From assembly GCA_032161105.1 (NCBI GenBank), contig JAVHTD010000001.1: 64,000 nt of DNA. One strand, written 5' to 3'. This document shows positions 31,338 through 40,590 of the stretch, in pieces. Position 1 is the stretch's first letter. Each line of letters starts with the position of its first letter. The translations under genes and the position numbers were made by a program. The notes under the pieces were generated by a model. The model did no database searches. It saw nothing but the letters and a program-made list of their open reading frames with translations, and was not told the DNA's origin. This DNA is from Candidatus Thermosaccharophagus tengchongensis. Its GTDB lineage: Bacteria; Armatimonadota; Fervidibacteria; Fervidibacterales; Thermosaccharophagaceae.

Positions 31338-32813
31338 ATGCACCTCATGCAACTTGCAAGCCTGATCAGCATTGTAAGCGCTGCTTGCAGCGTGCAAGTT
31401 GGTGCATTTATCCTCGCACTCAACCGCGCTGTGGCAAAGCGAACAGAGAACTTCGTGTTTGGCTCGCTTTGCATAACGCTCGGTGCAACAGCATTTTGCT
31501 CCTTCATGTCGTCAGTGGAAACTCAACCTTACGGTGTGCTGATTTGGGTAAGGCTTGAACATGCGCTGCACTTTCTCACTTCGGGCATGTTTGCGCACTT
31601 TATTGCGCTCTACCTCGGGCAAGCCCCGACGCCTTCCCTCACGCGCTTGATGTATGCCGCATGCGTTGTCTTCTCGGTGTTAGCGTTTACGCCCGCCTTC
31701 TTGAGTCTGCCAGAGGATGCTCAAATTCAGGGTTTGCTCGTTTCACTCCGTCCCGGACCGCTCTACGCATCAATGCTATTTGGATTTGCGCTTTGGCTGA
31801 CACCGGCATGGTTTTTGCTCCGCAGGTGGCGGGCAGCATTGAAGAGTGCGGGTGATGTGAGCGCTCCGCAGTCTGATGCGTCATTTGGAGTGCCCCCTTC
31901 TGATGGGGAAGCTAAGCTGATGAGTGAGCTCAGGCTGATGCTGGTTGGTGCGATAGCTGTTGTGACCCTCTGTTGGCTTGACTTCGGCTCGGCGATTTTG
32001 GGTTCCACCAATCCATTGCGCTTGCACCCGCTTGGCATACTTTTGCTCTCACTTTTGAGCGCCATACCCGTCGGAAGACGGGCTATCTTTTCCGAATTGC
32101 AATCGCGAGAGCTGGCAACGCTCCTCAGGGCAAGGGAAGCTGCCGCAGATGATGTGGCACATGAAATGAAGACGCCGCTGACGGTGATTAAAGGGTATGC
32201 CCTTACGCTGCTTCGCATGCCCTTTGGCGAAGTTGAGGAAGAGTTCTTGCGGGAATCGTTGATGGCAATTGCTGATGAGGCAGATCGCCTTACGAGGATG
32301 ATAAACAACATGCTTGACATAGCGAGGCTTGAAGCCGGAAAGCCAGTCACATTGCGCCCGCAGCACATCAACTTAAAGACGATGCTCCTGCAGCTTTCGG
32401 AGAGGATGCAGCGCTTGAGCGATAAACATGAGTTGAAGCTCCAATGGCTTGCTCGTGAAGAGGAGTTCACAATTGATGCCGACAAGGTCTACCAAGTGGT
32501 GATGAACCTCGTGGACAACGCCATCAAATACTCCCCCAACGGCGGTGATGTGATAATACGGGTTGAGGATGTTGATGAGCGTCTGCGCGTATCGGTGATT
32601 GACCAAGGCATTGGGATGAGTCCGGAACAGCAGGCACGCCTCTTCCAGCGGTTTGAGCGCTTCGTTGAGCCTAAGCGAAGGATAACGGGCACAGGCATCG
32701 GATTGTATCTGATGAAGCAGCTTGTGGAGGCAATGGGCGGTGAGATGGGAGTCCAAAGTGAGCTTGGTAAGGGAAGCATATTTTGGTTCACGATTCCGAG
32801 GGAGATGCGCTGA
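31338..32813 (+). CDS. Membrane sensor histidine kinase (7TM-type N-terminus)
   Basis: About 7 TM helices; H-box AHEMKTPL, N-box NLVDNAIKYS, G1 DQGIG, G2 GTGIGL. Confidence 0.93.
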   Translation: MHLMQLASLISIVSAACSVQVGAFILALNRAVAKRTENFVFGSLCITLGATAFCSFMSSVETQPYGVLIWVRLEHALHFLTSGMFAHFIALYLGQAPTPSLTRLMYAACVVFSVLAFTPAFLSLPEDAQIQGLLVSLRPGPLYASMLFGFALWLTPAWFLLRRWRAALKSAGDVSAPQSDASFGVPPSDGEAKLMSELRLMLVGAIAVVTLCWLDFGSAILGSTNPLRLHPLGILLLSLLSAIPVGRRAIFSELQSRELATLLRAREAAADDVAHEMKTPLTVIKGYALTLLRMPFGEVEEEFLRESLMAIADEADRLTRMINNMLDIARLEAGKPVTLRPQHINLKTMLLQLSERMQRLSDKHELKLQWLAREEEFTIDADKVYQVVMNLVDNAIKYSPNGGDVIIRVEDVDERLRVSVIDQGIGMSPEQQARLFQRFERFVEPKRRITGTGIGLYLMKQLVEAMGGEMGVQSELGKGSIFWFTIPREMR

Positions 32814-32861
32814 TGGAAGCCTGCCCCACAGGAAGGTCGCATTGGCTCAAAGGATGGCGAA

Positions 32862-33143
32862 TCACTTGCGCCGCTGCCGAAGTAACACTGTGAGCATGCC
32901 GACAAGCCACCCGAGAGCAAATGCGATGATGAGGGCGACGCACAGCGGGGCTGTTACGGGTTGCGTGAACGGGAGCAATGTCACATCCACAGATTGCCAA
33001 TTAGCCACGATGAAGCTGAGGACTATAATCCCGCATATAACGAGAAGCACTATGAGCGCCCATCGCTTCACGCCCTGCATCGTGATGCCTTTAGTGGCTG
33101 GCTGTCTGGTCACATCTTCGTGCTGGCTATGCTGCTGGGTCAC
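32862..33143 (-). CDS. LapA/DUF1049-like small membrane protein
   Basis: Two TM helices, F..AN...V.V..LP, basic C-terminus; start uncertain. Confidence 0.7.
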   Translation of the reverse strand: MTQQHSQHEDVTRQPATKGITMQGVKRWALIVLLVICGIIVLSFIVANWQSVDVTLLPFTQPVTAPLCVALIIAFALGWLVGMLTVLLRQRRK

Positions 33144-33297
33144 AACAGCTCACCTCGCTCTGGCTCTGAAGCGCACGAGTGGCTATCAAATGTTCATTAT
33201 GCGGGTTTGATTAAAGCGTTGCAAGCTGAGGGATCGTCTGTGTGATCAGGGCGCTTGTGTGAGCGGGATGGACAGAGATTGACCTGTGCGGTTTCAA

Positions 33298-33315
33298 TTG
33301 GCAATGGCGTTGCAT
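33298..33315 (+). promoter_or_regulatory. Candidate sigma54 (-24/-12) promoter of the hydrogenase operon
   Basis: TTGGCAATGGCGTTGCAT has GG-N10-GC with TGGCA and TTGCA, about 60 nt upstream of the first CDS. Confidence 0.5.
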
Positions 33316-33375
33316 AAATCTCTGAATTCAGCGGGCAGTTTGGCTGAAGTAATTTGAGTAGCCCTATGGGGGGCA

Positions 33376-35313
33376 GTGGCGATGGTTAGCGCAAGGACAA
33401 CATGTGGCTTTTGTGGGTGCGGTTGTGGCTTATATGTGTTGAGCGACGGCGATGGCGTCATCGGTGTAATACCGAGTGAGGCTGATGTGGTTGGCGAGGG
33501 CAGGTTGTGTATTCGTGGATGGCATATATATCAGCCGCTCAGGGACACGGATAGGATTTTGCGAGCCATCGTCTCGCTCAACGGATCCAAGCGTGAAGCG
33601 GATTACAAAGATGCAGTTTCGCGTGCTGCTGAGGCGCTCAAAAAATTTTCTCCGAACCAGATTGGCATCATTGCTTCGGCAACGGGCACAAATGAGGACG
33701 CATACATAGCTACAAAGTTTGCCAGAGCTGTCATTGGCACAAATAACATTGACTTCCCGGGACGCCCAAGGCTTATGCCAACGCTGATGCAGCTTGGCTC
33801 GGTTGATGAAGGCATATCAATGCCATGCACATTAAACGAGTTGGCGGATGCCGACTTGCTCTTCTGCATTGGCATCGGTGCTTCAACTCGCTACCCGCAG
33901 GTCACGGCGCGCATTTTCAAATCCGTCGTTGAGATGAAACATCTTCTGCTCATAGACACATGGCACTCGGACTTCGCGCCGTATGCATCACTGCACATCT
34001 CGCCAAAGCCGTTTTCGGATGCCGTCCTTTTGAGGGCGCTCGCCGGCATCTTGGACAGCGCTGTTAAAGTTCCATTCTCCGATGACGAGGTTAGCTCCAT
34101 AACTGGCGTAAGCTCGGAGCAACTTAGGGCGATGGGCGATTTGCTTTTGGGCGGCAAGCGTTTGGCTGCAGTTTACGATACGGCATCTCTGATGCACATG
34201 TGCTCGCCACATTGCGTTCGTGAGCTGTTGGTGTTAATCAGAGCCCTCAGGGGGAGGGGCATTGAATGGTGCGGTATTTTGCCCATGGTTGAGCGATGCA
34301 ACTCAAACGGCGCATTGCGCATGGGCATTGCGCCCATGCTCCTTCCCGGGTTGAAGAGCATAACGGATGGCGAAGCGGTGCGACGGGCATGCTCAATTTG
34401 GGGCATTGATGGCTTGCCGCAAGTGATGGGCATGAGCACATCTCAAATGCTATCGGCAGCTGTGAGCGGTGACTTGAAGGCTCTGATCATCATCGGTGAC
34501 GATTTGCTGACCGATGTCCCGGATGAGCAGCGGCTCAGGGACGCGCTCAGCAAAGTTGAGTTGCTAATTGCTATCTCGTCATACCATTCGCCGCTCACGG
34601 AGGCAGCTCGGTTCGTATTCCCGAGGTCAATTTGGGGTGAGACAGTGGGCACGCTTGTGAACACGGAGGGACGAATGCGCCGGCTCATAAGGGTTGCCGA
34701 ACCACATGGTGATGCGATGCAGGAGTGGCAAGTGCTTTGCGACCTCGCAACGGCGCTCGGCTTCAAAATGAGCTATTCAAGCAGCGATGAAGTGCTTGAT
34801 GAGTTGAAGCGTTTTGTGCCCGAATATTCTGACATTGAGCTGGACGAGGTGGGAAAGGGCACATGCCTGCTCCGTGAAAAGCCGGCGTGCGCACCAGAGA
34901 ACATCACACACGAGGAAATCGCCATACCCGAATTGCCATCTCCCTCCGATGAGTTCCCGTTGCTGCTTCTGGTTGAGCGATACTACTTGCCGTGGCATGC
35001 GGATACACTTGCGCTTCACTCGTCAACTCTTCGGCGCGAGTTCAGGCTCCGGTTTACGCCATATGTGTTCGTCAATTCGGCGCAAGGACATTCGTTTGGC
35101 TTGCGAGATGGCATGCCGGCGCTCCTAAAGACACCGCAGGGGAGTGCACGCGTGACATCAGTCTTTAACGACGCCGTCCCAGCTGGCATTGCCATACTAC
35201 CCGAGATGTTCTTTGCTCAACTGCGCCAAGCAGTCGGACAGGAAAGGGTTGACGAGCTCACTGGGGCAACCATTTACCCGGTGACAGTGGCGGCATTGGA
35301 GCGTGCAAGATAG
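33376..35313 (+). CDS. FdhF/NuoG-like molybdopterin-oxidoreductase-fold protein with N-terminal [4Fe-4S] site, lacking the catalytic Cys/Sec
   Basis: CGFCGCGC...LCIRG cluster motif, TNEDAY, GTNNID, GTLVNTEGR; the CARV(C/U)H segment is replaced by FPGRPRL. Confidence 0.85.
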   Translation: MAMVSARTTCGFCGCGCGLYVLSDGDGVIGVIPSEADVVGEGRLCIRGWHIYQPLRDTDRILRAIVSLNGSKREADYKDAVSRAAEALKKFSPNQIGIIASATGTNEDAYIATKFARAVIGTNNIDFPGRPRLMPTLMQLGSVDEGISMPCTLNELADADLLFCIGIGASTRYPQVTARIFKSVVEMKHLLLIDTWHSDFAPYASLHISPKPFSDAVLLRALAGILDSAVKVPFSDDEVSSITGVSSEQLRAMGDLLLGGKRLAAVYDTASLMHMCSPHCVRELLVLIRALRGRGIEWCGILPMVERCNSNGALRMGIAPMLLPGLKSITDGEAVRRACSIWGIDGLPQVMGMSTSQMLSAAVSGDLKALIIIGDDLLTDVPDEQRLRDALSKVELLIAISSYHSPLTEAARFVFPRSIWGETVGTLVNTEGRMRRLIRVAEPHGDAMQEWQVLCDLATALGFKMSYSSSDEVLDELKRFVPEYSDIELDEVGKGTCLLREKPACAPENITHEEIAIPELPSPSDEFPLLLLVERYYLPWHADTLALHSSTLRREFRLRFTPYVFVNSAQGHSFGLRDGMPALLKTPQGSARVTSVFNDAVPAGIAILPEMFFAQLRQAVGQERVDELTGATIYPVTVAALERAR

Positions 35314-35334
35314 CAATTGATGTGCTTGTGAGGG

Positions 35335-36432
35335 GTGGGGAGCATGTCAGGCGCATCGGCGGAGATAAGAGCAATGGTGCTCCGCAAGGAAAGGCTCAAT
35401 GATTTGCTTTGGTCAATTGAGGGTCAGTTAGCTGCGCCCATTCGCCTTGAGCATGGCGAGGTTCACTTTGCGGTCAATCCGCCAATTGAGCAAATCTTGC
35501 AGGACTCAGATTATGTGAACAGCACAATATCGCCTGTGGCACTCCTTTTCCCGCAGACCGAGATCCTCTTCAATTTCAAGCTCAATGGCAAGCCGCAAAT
35601 TGAGTTCCCAAAGGAGCCACAGCCGCTGACCATATTCGGCATACGCTCGTGTGATGTTGCGGCAATGCGTTACCTTGAGATGTTCTTCTCGCGCAAGTTC
35701 ATTGACACCCCATTCATGGAGCGAGCCAGCAGGACAACGCTGATAAGCATAGCCTGCCAGCGTCCGGGAAGCAGCTGCTTTTGCCCATGTTGTGCTGGCG
35801 GTCCATTCCTTGAGGAGGGGCATGACATTCAACTCACCGACTTTGGAGACATCTTCCTCGTTGAGGTTGGCTCACATAAGGGCGCACAGTTTGCCGATGG
35901 GCGAATGGAGTTCTTTGAGCCGGCGCCATGCGAATTGATTGAGCGGCGAAACAGGGTGGCTGAGGAGACGCTGCAGAAGTTTCAGATTGCATCGCACATG
36001 GGCACTGGTGTCCGCAAATTGACATCAAGGTCGGTTTCAGAGGAGCTTTGGAATATGATGGCAGCGAGATGCATTGAGTGTGGCGGGTGCGCATTCGTGT
36101 GCCCGCTATGCACATGCTTTGATGTAGTTGACCACAAGCTTCCGCCAGATGGTGATGGGGCAGCTCGTGGTTGGCGGGAGAGGTGTTGGGATTGCTGTCA
36201 ATTTGCCGGCTACTCAATTGAGGCAGCTGGTGTTAATCCGCGCCCGAACAAGGTGAGCAGGTTTAAGCGCCGTTTCTATCACAAGCTCAGCTACTTCTAC
36301 ATGGAGATGGATGGGCGTGTTGGGTGCGTTGGCTGTGGGAGGTGCATCCAAGTCTGCTTTGGCGTCGTTGACATGCCGGCAGTGGTGAACACGCTTAGGG
36401 AAGAGAAGCTACTTGGGGTAAGGCTGAGGTAA
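35335..36432 (+). CDS. 4Fe-4S dicluster protein, AsrA/sulfhydrogenase beta (HydB)/FlxB-like
   Basis: FGIRSCD, CFC, CIECGGCAFVCPLCTCF, RCWDCC, CVGCGRCIQVC. Confidence 0.88.
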   Translation: MGSMSGASAEIRAMVLRKERLNDLLWSIEGQLAAPIRLEHGEVHFAVNPPIEQILQDSDYVNSTISPVALLFPQTEILFNFKLNGKPQIEFPKEPQPLTIFGIRSCDVAAMRYLEMFFSRKFIDTPFMERASRTTLISIACQRPGSSCFCPCCAGGPFLEEGHDIQLTDFGDIFLVEVGSHKGAQFADGRMEFFEPAPCELIERRNRVAEETLQKFQIASHMGTGVRKLTSRSVSEELWNMMAARCIECGGCAFVCPLCTCFDVVDHKLPPDGDGAARGWRERCWDCCQFAGYSIEAAGVNPRPNKVSRFKRRFYHKLSYFYMEMDGRVGCVGCGRCIQVCFGVVDMPAVVNTLREEKLLGVRLR

Positions 36433-36484
36433 TTTTTGCGTGTATGTTCTTCAGCCTCGTTTGCTGTGGTGAGGTGAACTCAAC

Positions 36485-37378
36485 ATGGCAATGGAAGCAC
36501 TTCAAGCGGCATGTAACGGCAAGCATCTCTACGAACCGGTGTTGGCACGCATCGTTGAGATAACCGATGAAACGCCCGATGTGAAGACATTCACGCTTGA
36601 GCTTGAATGCGGCGCAATTGAATATCGTCCCGGGCAGTTTGCCGAGGTATCTGTGTTCGGCGTCGGTGAAGCGCCATTTGGCATCTCGTCAAGTCCGACA
36701 TGGACGAAGCGGACTGGGTATATCCAAGTGACTGTGCGTGCAGTTGGGAGGGTGACTGGTGCGCTCCATCAACTTAATGTTGGCGACTATGTTGGTGTGA
36801 GGGCACCATTGGGTAATGGTTTTCCGGTTGAGCGTGCCGAGGGTAAGCGCGTGATAATCGTCGGTGGCGGAATTGGCTTGCCGCCGCTTCGCTCCCTCCT
36901 CAATTACATGTTGGATAACCGTGAACGCTTCGGGAAGATAACTCTTCTCTACGGTGCACGCACACCTGCCGATAGGGTTTACAAGCGCGAGCTTGATGAA
37001 TGGGAAAGGCGAGATGATTTGGAATACCTGGACACGGTTGATATTGCCGATGAGGAGTGGCAAAGGCTCGGCAAGCGTGTTGGCGTTGTAACGACGCTCT
37101 TTCCGATAATAGACGAGCAAAGTCCCATTGACCCGCCAAACACGATCGCCTTCATCTGTGGACCGCCAATCATGATTCATTTCGTCATCATTGAACTTGA
37201 GAAGCGCAATGTGCCAGATGAGAACATCATCTCAACGCTTGAGCGACACATGAAGTGTGGCGTTGGCAAGTGCGGTCATTGCGCCATCGGGCACAAGTAT
37301 GTTTGCACCGATGGTCCCGTTTTTTCTTGGGCTGAGATGAAAGAGCTTGAATGGATGTGCGCTGAGCCAACTGTGTAG
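36485..37378 (+). CDS. FAD/NAD(P)-binding [2Fe-2S] protein, AsrB/sulfhydrogenase gamma (HydG)/FlxA-like
   Basis: PGQF, GEAPFGISS, VGRVT, GGGIGLPPLRS, YGART, CGPPIM, MKCGVGKCGHC, VCTDGPVF. Confidence 0.9.
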   Translation: MAMEALQAACNGKHLYEPVLARIVEITDETPDVKTFTLELECGAIEYRPGQFAEVSVFGVGEAPFGISSSPTWTKRTGYIQVTVRAVGRVTGALHQLNVGDYVGVRAPLGNGFPVERAEGKRVIIVGGGIGLPPLRSLLNYMLDNRERFGKITLLYGARTPADRVYKRELDEWERRDDLEYLDTVDIADEEWQRLGKRVGVVTTLFPIIDEQSPIDPPNTIAFICGPPIMIHFVIIELEKRNVPDENIISTLERHMKCGVGKCGHCAIGHKYVCTDGPVFSWAEMKELEWMCAEPTV

Positions 37379-37419
37379 TGCCTTAACCTCTCAATGGCGG
37401 TGAAAAGGGTGATACGGTT

Positions 37420-37908
37420 GTGCCTGAGGAAAACCAATTGGAGGTTCTCTGTCGGGTGTTGAGGGGGAGGGTGGCTATCATCGGTATCGGAAATGAGATG
37501 CGCGGTGATGATGCGGTTGGATGTTATGTGGCTCGATGCCTTGAGGGTGTTGAAGATATGCTCGTAGTAGAGGCTGGCGATGTGCCCGAAAACTATGTTG
37601 GTCTGCTGCGCGAGTATAAACCCGAATGTGTTGTATTCATTGACGCCGTTGATGTTGGGGCTGAACCTGGCTCAATTGTCATAGCAAGTGCTGATGAGCT
37701 ACCATCTTCTGCCGTTGTGTCAACGCATGGTATGCCGTTGAAGTTGCTTTCCGATTACCTGCTCCGTGAAGTTGGCGCCAGAGTGATGCTCATTGGGATA
37801 CAAGTGCGCAGGACAGCACTTAATGCGCCGATAAGCAAAGAGGTGTGTGAGGCAGCTGAAGCGATTGTTGAGTTGATTCGCTCAGCACGATTGGCAATGA
37901 GGGCTTAA
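37420..37908 (+). CDS. hycI: Hydrogenase maturation endopeptidase (HycI-like)
   Basis: GIGNEMRGDDAVG, PEN, IDAVD, STHGMPL. Confidence 0.88.
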   Translation: MPEENQLEVLCRVLRGRVAIIGIGNEMRGDDAVGCYVARCLEGVEDMLVVEAGDVPENYVGLLREYKPECVVFIDAVDVGAEPGSIVIASADELPSSAVVSTHGMPLKLLSDYLLREVGARVMLIGIQVRRTALNAPISKEVCEAAEAIVELIRSARLAMRA

Positions 37909-37992
37909 AGCCATGACATTGAAATTGGCGATAAGCGCTTCAGACGGTGGTGAGGGAGCCTGATTTGCCCCGGTTGCAGAGGCAGGCGGGAA

Positions 37993-38967
37993 TTGGTCAG
38001 CATGATATGGGTGATTTTGCACGCAAGTTTATCGCCTGCTACGGCAACAGTAGTGCAAGTTGCCGAGAGCGGAGAAAAGCAAGTTCGCCTCTTTAAGGTG
38101 GCATCGTTTAAGGTTGACCAATTGCCAGTGCTTGCCACTCGCTTTTCCGGCGAGATGCTGATGGCGCTTACTAAGGGAGGAAAAGCATGTGCTTTGAATG
38201 TGACGGCGCGCAAGCGTGTGCGTGAGTTTAAGTGTGCGGATAAACTCATTAAAGTCGGTGCGTTCTCAGGCGATGGCAAATGGCTTGCTTGTTCCGACGA
38301 GAGCCAAGTCGTTAAAGTTTATGAGTTAGCCAGCGGTAAGGAAGTTGCAACCATAAGGGGACATGGCGGCGAGATAAGGCAAATGGCATTCTCGCCGCAT
38401 GGAGAGTTGCTCGCAATCGCTTGCGAAGGTTGTTGCAACATGGAGGGAGATACACGCCTTTGGTGGGCAAAGTCGGGCAAGCTTTTTCGCAGGTTAAGTG
38501 GTGATGCCTTTAGCGTTGCATTTCTGGGTGGCAGCAAGCTTATTGCAGTTGGCGGAAGGAATGCTGTGGCAGTTTGGGATGTGAGTGAGGGGAAGATGGT
38601 GCGGAGGTTGCAAGTTGGGTTAAAGGTGAACAACATCTGCTTCTCTGACAAGCGTGGGTTGCTGATAGCCAGCGCTGCTGATGGTGTTCGTCCATTTGAG
38701 CTTTCAAGTTGGCGCGTTAAGCCGTTGATTGAGGTAAGGCGTGCAAGTTCGCTTTCATGCTCTCCGGATGGCTCGCTGCTCGCCGTTGGCACTTACGATG
38801 GTGTCACTGTTGTGGACACCATCAGATGGAAAGCCATTCTTCGGCTCACTGAACACGGTGGTTCTTTTACATCGGTGGCATTTTCTCAAGACGGAGCATT
38901 GCTTGCAGCCGCGAATGTTGGTGGGATGGTAGTGGTGTGGAAAGTGGTGAGGCAAAAACAGCGATAA
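37993..38967 (+). CDS. WD40 repeat beta-propeller protein
   Basis: Repeated AFSxDG..LA and GH...W(D) units. Confidence 0.85.
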   Translation: MVSMIWVILHASLSPATATVVQVAESGEKQVRLFKVASFKVDQLPVLATRFSGEMLMALTKGGKACALNVTARKRVREFKCADKLIKVGAFSGDGKWLACSDESQVVKVYELASGKEVATIRGHGGEIRQMAFSPHGELLAIACEGCCNMEGDTRLWWAKSGKLFRRLSGDAFSVAFLGGSKLIAVGGRNAVAVWDVSEGKMVRRLQVGLKVNNICFSDKRGLLIASAADGVRPFELSSWRVKPLIEVRRASSLSCSPDGSLLAVGTYDGVTVVDTIRWKAILRLTEHGGSFTSVAFSQDGALLAAANVGGMVVVWKVVRQKQR

Positions 38968-38982
38968 GGTGGGTGTTCAAGT

Positions 38983-40491
38983 ATGGATAACATGGTTGTT
39001 TGGTGCATGCTCCTCATTGCCATTCCGGGTATCAGCGGGATTGTATGTGCGCTCTTGCCTGATAGGGCTTCGCGCATTGTTGCCACATTTGCGTCTCTCG
39101 CCACAGCCGGTGTTGGCTTATGGTTGATTGGCAACTATGGGTTTGAGGAAAATGTCGCGGAGTTGGGTGGCTTGGCTTGGATAACCAAGGTTGCAGGGGT
39201 AAGGGTCAACTTGTTTGGCTTCATCATTGATCCGCTAACGAGCATCATGCTATCGCTCGTTGTCGTGATTGGCTTCCTTGTCGTGCTTTATTCAACCGAC
39301 TACATTAGTTCCGGCAACAGGGAGCATCCAGTGACTAAAGGCGCATCGCGCTATTTCAGTTGGATGCTCTTATTCATCGCCTCAATGGCTGGCGTCGTCA
39401 CCTCTTCCACATTCCTTCAGCTTTTTATCTTTTGGGAGCTAACGACGCTGTGCTCATGGGCGCTCATCTCGTTTGACTATGATGATCCGGAAGCCATGCG
39501 TGCGGGCTACAAGGCGTTGTTGATGACGCATGTTGGTGGGCTGTTCTTGATGACCGCTGTCGTATTGCTCTTTGCGCACACGAGGTCGTTTGATTTTAAC
39601 GCCATGACTCGGCTCACTCCGACCATGCAAGCCACATTGATAGTGCTGATGTTCATAGGCGCTTGGGCGAAGGCTGCGCAGTTTCCATTTTACACATGGC
39701 TTCCCGATGCAATGGTTGCACCAACGCCGGTCAGCGCATATTTGCACGCTGCTGCCATGGTCAAAGCCGGAATATACTTGCCAGCAAGGGCAGTGCTTGC
39801 AGTTCGTCCATTCCTGAAAGCCTTCCAATCAACGGCTCTTGACACTGCTGGAATACTTATGGGCGCACTCTCAATCATCACGATTATCGTGGGGTGCTAC
39901 ATGTTCTTCTACCAAGACGACTTGAAACGCTTGCTCGCTTTTTCAACGATAGTTCACCTTGCGCATGTCCTGATGGAGTGGGCATGCGGTTCACTTGGTT
40001 GCTCAATATGCTATCAAAGCGGCTTAGTGCACATTATCGCTCACGGTGTTGGGAAAGGTTTGCTTTTCCTATCTGTTGGTGCGGTGGCATATGCGACCGG
40101 CACAAGGCGCATAAGTCAACTCAGTGGTGTTGGCTTAAAGATGCCGATTGTAACGGTTGGCTTTCTCATCGGTGTGCTGACCATCTCAGGTTTACCACCG
40201 TTTGCGGGCTTTTGGAGCAAGCTTTATTTTGTCGCTGGAGCAATAACGCTTGGCAGATGGGGTATACTTTTTGTCATCGTGGGTCTGGTTGATGCCATCA
40301 TACGATTTGGTTGGTTCATATGGGTAGCTCACAAAGTGTTTGCCGGCGAACCATCAGAGCCAGTCCGCAATGCCAGCGGGATTCCACTTGCTATTGGGAC
40401 AGCGGTTGTCATCATGATGCTGCTTTGTTTTGTTTCAACACCATTTGCTGTGCAAATGGCTGCAACTGCTGTTGGGCTTTGTGTTGGTTGA
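38983..40491 (+). CDS. Hydrogenase-4-type antiporter-like membrane subunit (HyfD/NuoL-like)
   Basis: FIFWELTTLCSWALI, KAAQFPFYTWLPDAMVAPTPVSAYLHAAAMVKAG, DDLKRLLAFST. Confidence 0.88.
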   Translation: MDNMVVWCMLLIAIPGISGIVCALLPDRASRIVATFASLATAGVGLWLIGNYGFEENVAELGGLAWITKVAGVRVNLFGFIIDPLTSIMLSLVVVIGFLVVLYSTDYISSGNREHPVTKGASRYFSWMLLFIASMAGVVTSSTFLQLFIFWELTTLCSWALISFDYDDPEAMRAGYKALLMTHVGGLFLMTAVVLLFAHTRSFDFNAMTRLTPTMQATLIVLMFIGAWAKAAQFPFYTWLPDAMVAPTPVSAYLHAAAMVKAGIYLPARAVLAVRPFLKAFQSTALDTAGILMGALSIITIIVGCYMFFYQDDLKRLLAFSTIVHLAHVLMEWACGSLGCSICYQSGLVHIIAHGVGKGLLFLSVGAVAYATGTRRISQLSGVGLKMPIVTVGFLIGVLTISGLPPFAGFWSKLYFVAGAITLGRWGILFVIVGLVDAIIRFGWFIWVAHKVFAGEPSEPVRNASGIPLAIGTAVVIMMLLCFVSTPFAVQMAATAVGLCVG

Positions 40492-40590
40492 ACATGCTCA
40501 GCAACTCCTTAAGCGATTGCTCATTTGAAGCTTTTCGGCGTCCTTGCGAGGTGGATAGCTTGCACAGGCAAAAGTGAGGTGGCAGAAGTT

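Noticed and set aside
33279..33297. TTGA...TCAA as an FNR/CRP box
   Set aside because: Spacing does not match TTGAT-N4-ATCAA.
33376..35313. Calling this gene fdhF (active formate dehydrogenase) or a hidden selenoprotein
   Set aside because: No Cys, in-frame TGA or His at the active-site position.
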